Shown piece after piece: positions 9,615 to 18,876 of a stretch of DNA of 48,669 bases. Below the pieces are notes generated by a model. That model did no database searches. It had not been told where the DNA came from and saw only the letters and a program-made list of their open reading frames with translations. The first letter of the stretch is position 1; each line of letters begins with the position of its first letter. A program made the position numbers and the translations under genes. The DNA comes from a virus (lineage: Duplodnaviria > Caudoviricetes): positions 1 to 48,669 of the IMG/VR virus record IMGVR_UViG_3300033412_000368, one strand, 5' to 3'.

Positions 9615-11528
9615 ATGAGGTCATTAAAAGGTCTGAAGGTTAAATATAATGTAGAAAAACCCCCTATTATCGGGATAGAAGAATATATTAAATTATTAAA
9701 TACGGACCCTGCTGTTCGTAGAACCCCATTTGAGAGAATGTTATCAGCCATTGGTGAGCCTGAAGTGATTGATACCTCTAAGAATGTTCGCTTATCAAGA
9801 ATTTTTGGGAATCGTCTTATTAAAAAATATAAACCTTTCAGTGAATTTTATGGGATGGAAGAAGTTGTTGAGAGAATTGTTTCTTATTTTAAATTTGCAG
9901 CCCAGGGTCTTGAAGAATCTAGGCAAATTTTATATTTATTAGGTCCAGTGGGAGGGGGAAAATCTTCAATTGCTGAAAAATTAAAAGAATTAATAGCAAA
10001 AGAACCAGTTTATGTATTAACAGACGAAAATGGTCAAATCTCTCCTGTGTTTGAGACTCCTTTATCTCTTTTATCACCAGAAGATTTTCCAGAAATACCG
10101 AAACGGTATTTTAAGTATCAATTATCACCATGGGGAATTAAAAGATTAGAGGAGTATAATGGTGATATATCACGTTTTAAAGTAGCAAAATTATTTCCTA
10201 ATGAATCAAAACAATATTGTATTAGCAAAACTGAGCCAGGAGATGATAATAATCAAGATATATCAGCCTTAGTTGGAAAGACTAATATTAGAAAATTAGA
10301 ATATTTTGATCAGAATGACCCAGATAGTTATTCTTATAGTGGGGGTCTCAATAAATCAAATCAAGGATTATTAGAGTTTGTTGAAATGTTTAAATCACCA
10401 ATAAAAATCTTACATCCTTTACTGACCGCAACACAGGAAGGAGATTATAATTCAACAGAAGGAATGGCTTCTCTCCCCTTTGAAGGTATAATTTTAGCCC
10501 ATTCCAATGAATCGGAGTGGAATTCTTTTAAAAATGATAATAAAAATGAAGCATTTATAGATAGAGTGTATGTAGTAAAGGTTCCTTATTGTTTACGTGT
10601 TGATGATGAGGTTAAAATTTATGAGAAATTAATAAAAAATTCAGATCTTTGTGACAAACCAATTGCACCTAATACTTTAGATTTACTAGCTAAATTGTTT
10701 ATTTTGACTCGTTTAGAAGAGCCTAAGACTTCAAATATTTTTACAAAATTAAAAGTATATAATGGTGAATCTGTTAAAGAAAAAGATCCATCGGCAAAAT
10801 CCCTTTATGATTATAAAATGCTTAGTTCTAAATTAGAGGGGTTTCGAGGATTGTCAACTCGTCTTGCCCACAAGGTTATTTCGCAAACATATAATTATGA
10901 TACGATGGAAATTGCAGCCAATCCTGTTCATTTATTTATTGTTATTGAACAAATGATTTATAATGAGCATTTAAATGAAAATGATGAATTACGATTTATG
11001 GGATATTTAAATGAATATCTAATTCTTCCATATATTGACTTAATCGGTGATGAGATTCAAAAATGCTATTTAGATAGTTATTCTGAATATGGTCAAAATT
11101 TATTTGATCGTTATATTACTTATGCGGATTACTGGCTTCAAGATCAAGATTATAGAGATCCCGATACTGGGCAATTATTTGACAGAGGAATTCTTTCTTC
11201 AGAATTAGAAAAATTAGAAATACCAGCAGAAATAACTAATAAAAAAGATTTTAGAAATGAGGTAGTTAATTTTTGTTTGCATTATAAAGCTGATCATGGT
11301 GTCTATCCCGATTGGACCTCCTATTCTAAATTAAAATTAGTGATAGAAAAATCAATTTTTGATAAAACAGAAAATTTATTACCAATAATTTCATTTCATA
11401 GTCATAAAAATAAAGATGATTCTAAAAAGCATGTTGATTTTATTAATAGAATGAAGAAAAAGGGTTATACTGAAAAACAAATAAAATTATTGTGTGAATG
11501 GTTTATTCGTTATAAACAATCAGCTTAA
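9615..11528 (+). CDS. prkA: PrkA/YeaG family AAA+ protein (annotated as a Ser kinase)
   Basis: LYLLGPVGGGKSS, KTEPGDDNNQDISALVGK, LLEFVEMFK, LHPLLTATQEG, AHSNESEW; full length; AAGGAGG RBS. Confidence 0.95.
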   Translation: MRSLKGLKVKYNVEKPPIIGIEEYIKLLNTDPAVRRTPFERMLSAIGEPEVIDTSKNVRLSRIFGNRLIKKYKPFSEFYGMEEVVERIVSYFKFAAQGLEESRQILYLLGPVGGGKSSIAEKLKELIAKEPVYVLTDENGQISPVFETPLSLLSPEDFPEIPKRYFKYQLSPWGIKRLEEYNGDISRFKVAKLFPNESKQYCISKTEPGDDNNQDISALVGKTNIRKLEYFDQNDPDSYSYSGGLNKSNQGLLEFVEMFKSPIKILHPLLTATQEGDYNSTEGMASLPFEGIILAHSNESEWNSFKNDNKNEAFIDRVYVVKVPYCLRVDDEVKIYEKLIKNSDLCDKPIAPNTLDLLAKLFILTRLEEPKTSNIFTKLKVYNGESVKEKDPSAKSLYDYKMLSSKLEGFRGLSTRLAHKVISQTYNYDTMEIAANPVHLFIVIEQMIYNEHLNENDELRFMGYLNEYLILPYIDLIGDEIQKCYLDSYSEYGQNLFDRYITYADYWLQDQDYRDPDTGQLFDRGILSSELEKLEIPAEITNKKDFRNEVVNFCLHYKADHGVYPDWTSYSKLKLVIEKSIFDKTENLLPIISFHSHKNKDDSKKHVDFINRMKKKGYTEKQIKLLCEWFIRYKQSA

Positions 11529-11553
11529 TAATTTCAAGAGAAGGAAACCAATA

Positions 11554-12384
11554 ATGACTAATATTGGATTGAAGACTATAACCCAAGAGGAATTAGACAA
11601 GGTTCTTAGTAATCATAAGACTTGGTTAGAATCTAATGGGACTAAAGGGACTAGGGCTGATTTATCTTATACAGATTTATCTGATTCTGATTTATCTAAG
11701 ATTGATTTATCTGGGTCTGATTTATCTTATTCTAATTTATCTTATTCTAATTTATCTGGGTCTGATTTATCTTATTCTTATTTATCTGATACTGATTTAT
11801 CAAAGACTAATTTATCTTATTCTAATTTATCTGGGTCTAATTTATCTAGGGTTAATTTATCTAATTCTATCTTACCTTATTCTGATTTATCTAAATCTGA
11901 TTTATATGGGGCTGATTTATCTTATATTGATTTAGCTGGGTCTGATTTATCTCATTCTGATTTATCTAATTCTAATTTATCTAATTCTAATTTATCTTAT
12001 TCTATTTTATCTTATTCTATCTTACCTTATTCTGATTTATCTCATTCTGATTTATCTGATTCTATCTTATCTCATTCTATCTTATCTCATTCTGATTTAT
12101 CTAATTCTAATTTATCTAATTCTGATTTATCTGGGGCTAATTTAACTAGGGTGAATTTAAATAGGTCTAATATCTCTAATATAATAGGTAAAAGAATCAT
12201 TACATTTCAGGGTAATAAAGACTTCGCTTATTATGTTGATGGATATATTAAGATAGGGTGTGAATATCATACCTTAGACTATTGGATTAAGAACTATGAG
12301 AGGATTGGTACTGAGGCTGAGTATAGCTCTGAGGATATTGAGTCTTATGGTAATTGGATTAAGAGTATTAAAACTGAGGGTTAG
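11554..12384 (+). CDS. Pentapeptide-repeat protein, copy 5 (35 repeats)
   Basis: Start at ATG 11554 by homology with the other copies. Confidence 0.9.
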   Translation: MTNIGLKTITQEELDKVLSNHKTWLESNGTKGTRADLSYTDLSDSDLSKIDLSGSDLSYSNLSYSNLSGSDLSYSYLSDTDLSKTNLSYSNLSGSNLSRVNLSNSILPYSDLSKSDLYGADLSYIDLAGSDLSHSDLSNSNLSNSNLSYSILSYSILPYSDLSHSDLSDSILSHSILSHSDLSNSNLSNSDLSGANLTRVNLNRSNISNIIGKRIITFQGNKDFAYYVDGYIKIGCEYHTLDYWIKNYERIGTEAEYSSEDIESYGNWIKSIKTEG

Positions 12385-12407
12385 ATATGAAACTGGAGGA
12401 ATTATAA

Positions 12408-12686
12408 ATGAATAAATATATTTGTAGTGGAATAGTTGGACATGATCCGGATTTAATTGATAAAGGTTTAAAATTTTCAGTGGCAGTTAAGCAAGATGAT
12501 AAGTCTACTCTTTGGATTAGAGTATTGTGTTTTGGAAAAATTGCTGATAATTGTAAAGAAATTGTAAAGAAAAGTATGAAGGTTTTAGTGGAAGGGAAAC
12601 TTATAATGTCTTCTAATGATAAAATGTCTTTATTAGCTGATAGAGTCGAATTTTTAACTTGGAAAGAGGAAACCAATAATGACTAA
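12408..12686 (+). CDS. ssb: Short SSB (OB fold) without an acidic tail
   Basis: MNK...G.VG.DP, FSVAV, W..V..FGKIA, KVLVEGKL, typical of bacterial-type SSB. Confidence 0.75.
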   Translation: MNKYICSGIVGHDPDLIDKGLKFSVAVKQDDKSTLWIRVLCFGKIADNCKEIVKKSMKVLVEGKLIMSSNDKMSLLADRVEFLTWKEETNND

Positions 12687-13254
12687 TACTAAATTAAAGA
12701 CTATAACCAAAAGAAAATTAGATAAGGTTCTTAGTAATCATAAGACTTGGTTAGATTCTTATGGGACTAAGGGGACTAGGGCTGATTTATCTTATACTGA
12801 TTTATCTAATACTGATTTATCTCTTACTGATTTATTTTATTCTAATTTATCTAATTCTAATTTATCTCATTCTGATTTATATGGGTCTAATTTATCTAAT
12901 TCTGATTTATCTGGGGCTAATTTAACTAATTCTAATTTATCTTATTCTATTTTATCTTATTCTATCTTACCTTATTCTGATTTATCTAATTCTGATTTAT
13001 CTGGGGCTAATTTAACTAATATTAATTTAACTAAGGCTAATATCTCTAATATAATAGGTAAAAGAATCATTACATTTCAGGGTAATAAAGACTTCGCTTA
13101 TTATGTTGATGGATATATTAAGATAGGGTGTGAATATCATACCTTAGACTATTGGATTAAGAACTATGAGAGGATTGGTACTGAGGCTGAGTATAGCTCT
13201 GAGGATATTGAGTCTTATGGTAATTGGATTAAGAGTATTAAAACTGAGGGTTAG
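12679..13254 (+). CDS. Pentapeptide-repeat protein, copy 6 (18 repeats)
   Basis: Same cassette as the other copies. Confidence 0.9.
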   Translation: MTNTKLKTITKRKLDKVLSNHKTWLDSYGTKGTRADLSYTDLSNTDLSLTDLFYSNLSNSNLSHSDLYGSNLSNSDLSGANLTNSNLSYSILSYSILPYSDLSNSDLSGANLTNINLTKANISNIIGKRIITFQGNKDFAYYVDGYIKIGCEYHTLDYWIKNYERIGTEAEYSSEDIESYGNWIKSIKTEG

Positions 13255-13256
13255 AT

Positions 13257-14411
13257 ATGACTATTATAATCGATCGGAGGAATACCCGCTCATCAAAAAA
13301 TTGTTCTAATCGGACTCGTTTTATTCATCGATATAAAAATTATATAAAGAAAACTTTAGATGATTGTGTTGAAAAAAAGAAAATTAAAGATTTAACTGAT
13401 TCAGTAGCTATCCCAATTAATTGGGATATTCGAGATATAGATATGGGATTTAATAGATCAACGGGAACTTATGATTATATCGGAACTGGGAATAAAGAGT
13501 ATGAGAAAGGGGATCGATTCTATAAAGATAATGATAATCCAGAGTCTTCAATTTATGAGGATGAGGAATCTGACCAGGGAGATTATACTTTTACTTTAAC
13601 TAAAGAAGAATTCTTTGATCTCTATTTCGATGATATGGAACTTCCAGATTTTATTAAAACTTCCATGATGAATATTTGTAAATCCTCTTATAAACGTGCA
13701 GGTTATATAAAAAATGGGGTGATTTCGAGATTAGATATTCTTAAAACATTACAAATGTCGCTTGCTAGACGATTGTCATGCCCTAAAGATAAAAACCCCC
13801 CTTTTTTAGATGATATTGATCTTCGTTTTAAGAATATTATTTCTGTTCCTCAACCAATGTTAAAAGCAGTTATGTTCTGTATGATGGATGTATCTGGATC
13901 AATGACTGAACATCATAGTTATTTATCAAAGAAATTTTTTATATTATTATATTTATTTCTTTGTAAAAATTATACTTCAGTTGATATTCGTTTTATTCGT
14001 TATCATCATAGTGCCAAGGATGTTTCGGAAGAAGAATTTTTCAATTCCCATCAAACAGGGGGAACACAGGTATTACCCGCTTTGCAATTAATTAATGAGA
14101 TTATAAAGAATGAATATTCAATAAATACATATAATATTTATATTGCTCATACGAGTGATGGAGATATTGGGAACTTGGATGATACTCTTATTGAGTATTT
14201 AGATCATAATTTAATTAATAAATTGCAATATTATGCTTATCTTCAAGTTCAAGATGCTTATCAATATGGAGATTTTAAAGAGGGGAATGAGGGGCTTTAT
14301 GGTATTTTGAAAAGTTCTTCTTATTGGATGACAAAATTAAATATTGAAACGGCTGTTGATTTACAAGATATTTTCCCAGTTTTAAAAAATTTATTTAAGA
14401 GGAATAAATAA
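13257..14411 (+). CDS. yeaH: YeaH/YhbH (DUF444) VWA-domain protein
   Basis: IIDRR..NR.RFI.RYK, PFLDDIDLRF, KAVMFCMMDVSGSM (MIDAS), TGGT, SDGD. Confidence 0.92.
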   Translation: MTIIIDRRNTRSSKNCSNRTRFIHRYKNYIKKTLDDCVEKKKIKDLTDSVAIPINWDIRDIDMGFNRSTGTYDYIGTGNKEYEKGDRFYKDNDNPESSIYEDEESDQGDYTFTLTKEEFFDLYFDDMELPDFIKTSMMNICKSSYKRAGYIKNGVISRLDILKTLQMSLARRLSCPKDKNPPFLDDIDLRFKNIISVPQPMLKAVMFCMMDVSGSMTEHHSYLSKKFFILLYLFLCKNYTSVDIRFIRYHHSAKDVSEEEFFNSHQTGGTQVLPALQLINEIIKNEYSINTYNIYIAHTSDGDIGNLDDTLIEYLDHNLINKLQYYAYLQVQDAYQYGDFKEGNEGLYGILKSSSYWMTKLNIETAVDLQDIFPVLKNLFKRNK

Positions 14412-15391
14412 TGACTAATATTAGATTGAAGATTCTAACCCAAGAAGAATTAGAAAAGGTTCTTAGTGATCATAAGACTTGGTTAGAATCTAATGGGACT
14501 AAGGGGACTAGGGCTGATTTATCTTATACAGATTTATCTAAGATTAATCTATCTTATACTGATTTATCTGGGTCTAATCTATTAAGGGCTAATTTATTTA
14601 ATTCTGATTTATCTTATACTGATTTATCTGGGTCTAATCTATTAAGGGCTAATTTATCTAATTCTGATTTATCTTATACTGATTTATCTGGGTCTAATCT
14701 ATTAAGGGCTAATTTATCTAATTCTGATTTATCTGGGTCTGATTTATCTAATACTGATTTATCTTATACTGATTTATCTGGGTCTAATCTATTAAGGGCT
14801 AATTTATTTAATTCTGATTTATCTTATACAGATTTATCTAAGATTAATCTATCTTATACTGATTTATCTGGGTCTAATCTATTAAGGGCTAATTTATTTA
14901 ATTCTGATTTATCGGGGTCTAATTTATCTAATTCTAATTTATATGGAGTTAATTTATCTAATTCTAATTTATCTTGTATTGATTTATCTGGGTCTAATTT
15001 ATCTAATTCTAATTTATTTAATTCTAATTTATCTGATTCTAATTTATCTAGGTCTGATTTATCTAATTCTAATTTATCTTATTCTAATTTATCTAGGTCT
15101 GATTTATCTTATTCTGATTTATCTAGGTCTGATTTATATGGGGCTAATTTAACTAATGTTAATTTAACTGGGGCTAATATCTCTAATATAATAGGTAAAA
15201 GAATCATTACATTTCAGGGTAATAAAGACTTCGCTTATTATGTTGATGGATATATTAAGATAGGGTGTGAATATCATACCTTAGACTATTGGATTAAGAA
15301 TTATGAGAGGATTGGTACTGAGGCTGAGTATAGTTCTGAGGATATTGAGTCTTATGGTAATTGGATTAAGAGTATTAAAACTAAGGATTAG
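14411..15391 (+). CDS. Pentapeptide-repeat protein, copy 7 (45 repeats)
   Basis: Same cassette; internal higher-order repeat TDLSGSNLLRANL(F/S)NSDLS present 5 times. Confidence 0.9.
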   Translation: MTNIRLKILTQEELEKVLSDHKTWLESNGTKGTRADLSYTDLSKINLSYTDLSGSNLLRANLFNSDLSYTDLSGSNLLRANLSNSDLSYTDLSGSNLLRANLSNSDLSGSDLSNTDLSYTDLSGSNLLRANLFNSDLSYTDLSKINLSYTDLSGSNLLRANLFNSDLSGSNLSNSNLYGVNLSNSNLSCIDLSGSNLSNSNLFNSNLSDSNLSRSDLSNSNLSYSNLSRSDLSYSDLSRSDLYGANLTNVNLTGANISNIIGKRIITFQGNKDFAYYVDGYIKIGCEYHTLDYWIKNYERIGTEAEYSSEDIESYGNWIKSIKTKD

Positions 15392-15417
15392 ATATAATTA
15401 TTGGATAGGAGAGAATT

Positions 15418-16851
15418 ATGCAAAATCCTCTTTTTATTGGATATGACTGGGATATAAATTTAATTGAAAAATTATGGAAAAGAATTGATTTTTATGGAAA
15501 AAAAATGGGGTTGGATTATTACCCCCCTAAATTTGAAGTTATAACATCAGAACAAATGATAGATGCCTATTCTAGCAATGGAATGCCAATTTATTATAAT
15601 CATTGGTCATTTGGTAAAAATTTTATTAAGACTATGGATAATTATAAAAAGGGAAAAATGGGGTTGGCTTATGAAATGGTTATTAATTCTAATCCTTGTT
15701 TGGCGTATCTAATGGAGGATAATACGGCAACATTAACTGCTATGGTAATTTCTCATGCTAGTTGTGGGCATTCTCATTTTTTCAAAAATAATTATTTATT
15801 TAAAAAAAATACTAACCCAGAGTCAATAATTAATTTATTAGAGTCAACTAAAAAATATATCCTTAAATGTGAAGAACAGTATGGGTTTGAGAGAGTTGAA
15901 AATCTTATTAGTTGTATTCATTTTTTATCTAAATTTGGAATAAATAAATATCCTCGATGTAATAAAACTAATGATAAATTAATTAGAGAACGAGAAGAAT
16001 ATTATAGACAGAGTTATGATCCTATTATCAACAATCATCTTTTTTCATTAAATAATCAGGATATTAAAAAAGAAAATAATTTATTGATTGAAAATATAGA
16101 CGAAGAAAATTTAATAAAGTTTATAATTGATCATTCTTTAAGTTTAGAGATTTGGCAGAAAAATATTCTTAATTTAATAATGAGTATTGAACAATATTTT
16201 TATCCGCAGAGTCAAACTAAAATAATGAATGAAGGATTTGCTTGTTTTATTCATTATCACATAATGGAGGAACTTTATAAAAACGGTGATATTGATGAAG
16301 GGTCCTACATTGAATTTATTAAACATCACACTGATGTTTGTTATCAACCTGAATTAACCTCTATTAACCCTTATGCCTTAGGATTTGAAATTTTTATGGA
16401 TATTAAACGCTCTTGTTTATATCCCGATGAGGAAGATTATATTCATCTATCAACATCAGGGAGTAAAGATTGGATGGTTGAAATTAAAAATGTTGTGAAG
16501 TATTATAAAGATGAGAGTTTTATTACTCAATTTTTATCACCAAAAGTAATAAGAAAATTGGGATTATTCTCATATCACGATTCTAGTGAGTTTCCTTATG
16601 TTGAAATTACTGGTACCCAAGATGATTGTGATATTATGACAATAAGAGAACAATTGTGCAATTATTTGAAAAGAGAGAATTTTATACCTGATTTAGAAAT
16701 TATTTCTTTTAATAAAGTAAATAATCGTGTTATTATTAAGTATAATAAATTTAAAAATAGAGAAATTTATAATTTTGATATTTTTGAAGAAGTTTTTAAT
16801 GAACTAACAGGTTTAACTGTTAATTTAGAGGAGAGTGAGAATGGCTTATAA
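15418..16851 (+). CDS. spoVR: SpoVR/YcgB family protein
   Basis: GMPIYYNHWSFGK, GLAYEMVINSNPCLAYLMEDN, HASCGHSHFFKNNYLF, QTKIMNEGFA, INPYALGF, DESFITQFLSPK. Confidence 0.93.
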   Translation: MQNPLFIGYDWDINLIEKLWKRIDFYGKKMGLDYYPPKFEVITSEQMIDAYSSNGMPIYYNHWSFGKNFIKTMDNYKKGKMGLAYEMVINSNPCLAYLMEDNTATLTAMVISHASCGHSHFFKNNYLFKKNTNPESIINLLESTKKYILKCEEQYGFERVENLISCIHFLSKFGINKYPRCNKTNDKLIREREEYYRQSYDPIINNHLFSLNNQDIKKENNLLIENIDEENLIKFIIDHSLSLEIWQKNILNLIMSIEQYFYPQSQTKIMNEGFACFIHYHIMEELYKNGDIDEGSYIEFIKHHTDVCYQPELTSINPYALGFEIFMDIKRSCLYPDEEDYIHLSTSGSKDWMVEIKNVVKYYKDESFITQFLSPKVIRKLGLFSYHDSSEFPYVEITGTQDDCDIMTIREQLCNYLKRENFIPDLEIISFNKVNNRVIIKYNKFKNREIYNFDIFEEVFNELTGLTVNLEESENGL

Positions 16852-17362
16852 TGTGAAAGTAATTAAAAAAGAAGATGATAAAGTTGGTAAAAGTCAAAAG
16901 GGAGAATATCGTTATACCTCTTTAACAATTGATTATGAAGGGAAAATTTCTGAAAGGAAAATTCTATCAACATCATTTCAAAGATATCCTGATCTAAAAG
17001 GGGAATTAGAAAAAGTAAAAGATGGTATGACTATTGGGATAGAAACGCAACAAAATGGGAATTATAAAGAGATTAGTAAAATTGTTTTATCACCAATTAC
17101 TCATAGTAAAACTATTATTCCTTCTGAATCTAGGGATATTTCTATACAAGTAATGAATGCAATGAATAATGCATGTCAGACATTAGGGGAAGGAATGGTG
17201 ACAGTCAATCAGATTGAACAAAGATCCTGGGAATTAGTTTTATTGGGGGAGAGACTCAAAAAACGATTAGCTGATGGAGATCATCTAAAAGATAATATAT
17301 CTCCTCCGAATGATCCATCTGTTAATACCGGTTCATATGAAGAAGAGGAAGTTCCTTTTTGA
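16841..17362 (+). CDS. Putative phage ssDNA-binding/recombination protein
   Basis: Acidic tail YEEEEVPF; lies just before the exonuclease; GAGGAG RBS. Confidence 0.55.
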   Translation: MAYNVKVIKKEDDKVGKSQKGEYRYTSLTIDYEGKISERKILSTSFQRYPDLKGELEKVKDGMTIGIETQQNGNYKEISKIVLSPITHSKTIIPSESRDISIQVMNAMNNACQTLGEGMVTVNQIEQRSWELVLLGERLKKRLADGDHLKDNISPPNDPSVNTGSYEEEEVPF

Positions 17363-17388
17363 CCCTTTTAATTTTGGAGAACTGAATT

Positions 17389-18390
17389 ATGTTAATAATT
17401 GATGGAGATCTTTATGTTTATAAAGCTGGATTTGCCTATCGGGGCAAAGAGATTGGTCATAAATTAATTAATAGGAGGACCTCAGAAATTGTTGACCTTG
17501 GTAATGTATCTCTGATAAAAGCTAAGAAATTTTGTAAAGAAAATGGGTATGTCAATTCTGATTGGAAATTAATTTATTATAATAATCCTTTTCCTTTACA
17601 TTTTATATTGGGTAAATTAGATGAGATTATTCAGTCACTATTGAATAAATTTGCGAATCACGAATATCAAATGTTTATAACCTCTTCGGATGTGAGTAAT
17701 TATCGTTTTAACATTGCTACAATAACCCCTTATAAAGGTAGTAGAAGGAAGTGTGTAAAATGTTTTGAACGTTGTAAATCTGAATTTGATAGAAATAAAA
17801 AGGTAATTTTAATTTGTAAAAATTGTGGGGAGGTTGATAAGGAAGCAACTGTCCAGGATAAGCCTGAATATTATGAGGAAATTAGGGATCATCTGATTCA
17901 GCGATGGAATGCAGAATTAGTGCATGGTCAAGAGGCGGATGACGCTGTTAGTATCCTTGCAAAAAAATTATCTAATGATATTGATAGTAATCCTATAATG
18001 GTTCATATTGATAAAGATATTAATAATACTCCTGGAGTTCATTATAATCCTGATAAAGAATTGTTATATACAATTGATTATTCAACATCTATTAAAAATT
18101 TTTATACTCAATTTTTATTAGGGGATCGGATTGATTGTATTCCTGGAGTAATTGGAATTGGACCAGTTTTAGCCGAAGAAATATTTAAAGAGTGTTTTGT
18201 TTCTTCTGATTATGAACAGATTATTATGGAAATATATCAAGGTGAATATATTTTTAGTAAAAGACCACCAAAAAATAGGATGAATTTAACTCCTAACGAG
18301 GCATATCAAAGATTAGTGGAAATAGGGCAATTATTATATATTAGACAAGAGGAGAATGAATTATGGAGACCAACAATACCGCAACCTTAG
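17389..18390 (+). CDS. 5'-3' exonuclease (T7 gp6-like) with a Zn-finger insertion
   Basis: IDGD, YKGSR, EADD, DKD, GD..D.IPGVIGIG; insertion CVKC...CKNC. Confidence 0.88.
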   Translation: MLIIDGDLYVYKAGFAYRGKEIGHKLINRRTSEIVDLGNVSLIKAKKFCKENGYVNSDWKLIYYNNPFPLHFILGKLDEIIQSLLNKFANHEYQMFITSSDVSNYRFNIATITPYKGSRRKCVKCFERCKSEFDRNKKVILICKNCGEVDKEATVQDKPEYYEEIRDHLIQRWNAELVHGQEADDAVSILAKKLSNDIDSNPIMVHIDKDINNTPGVHYNPDKELLYTIDYSTSIKNFYTQFLLGDRIDCIPGVIGIGPVLAEEIFKECFVSSDYEQIIMEIYQGEYIFSKRPPKNRMNLTPNEAYQRLVEIGQLLYIRQEENELWRPTIPQP

Positions 18391-18512
18391 AAGAGATGGA
18401 AATTCCAGATGATTGGAATGATGATTGGGATCTCTGGTCAGAATCTCTTTATGATAATGAAGAATGGTGGGAGCAATTTGATAAAGATAATTATTTGAAG
18501 GAGTTAGAATGA
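18363..18512 (+). CDS. Small, very acidic, Trp-rich protein (49 aa, not in the ORF track)
   Basis: METNNTATLEEMEIPDDWNDDWDLWSESLYDNEEWWEQFDKDNYLKELE*; GGAG RBS; ATGA overlap with the next gene. Confidence 0.6.
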   Translation: METNNTATLEEMEIPDDWNDDWDLWSESLYDNEEWWEQFDKDNYLKELE

Positions 18513-18874
18513 CATCACCTCAATATGCTAAACAATTAGGTCGAGAGGGACAGAAGAAAGTAAAAGAGATTTTACTTCGACGATTCCCACATCTTGAAAA
18601 TGATGATATTTATTCTAGACCAATGGGATCTCCTGGAGAGGATTTAATGTTATCTCCTAGAGCGAGAAAAGTACTTCCTTTTGATATTGAGGTGAAATAT
18701 GGGAAACAAATTAATTTAATTAGAGCTTGTCAACAGGCATCAGTAGAGTCTAGAAATAAAAAATACACCCCTCTTTCTGTTGGATGTTATCGATTAGAAA
18801 AGCCTCACCAGTGGTATTGTTGTTTGAAATTGGAGGATTTTTTAAAACTTTTAGTTTGTAGGGTAGGAGATTAA
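18509..18874 (+). CDS. PD-(D/E)xK nuclease, Holliday-junction resolvase-like
   Basis: AK..GR..Q, GEDL..., DIEVK pattern. Confidence 0.7.
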   Translation: MTSPQYAKQLGREGQKKVKEILLRRFPHLENDDIYSRPMGSPGEDLMLSPRARKVLPFDIEVKYGKQINLIRACQQASVESRNKKYTPLSVGCYRLEKPHQWYCCLKLEDFLKLLVCRVGD

Positions 18875-18876
18875 TA

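Noticed and set aside
1126-15152. Hydrophobic LIYLI-repeat ORFs (1126, 1855, 6438, 11636, 14943)
   Set aside because: They are +1 shadow frames of the TCTAATTTATCTNNT repeats, with no RBS and inconsistent extent between copies.
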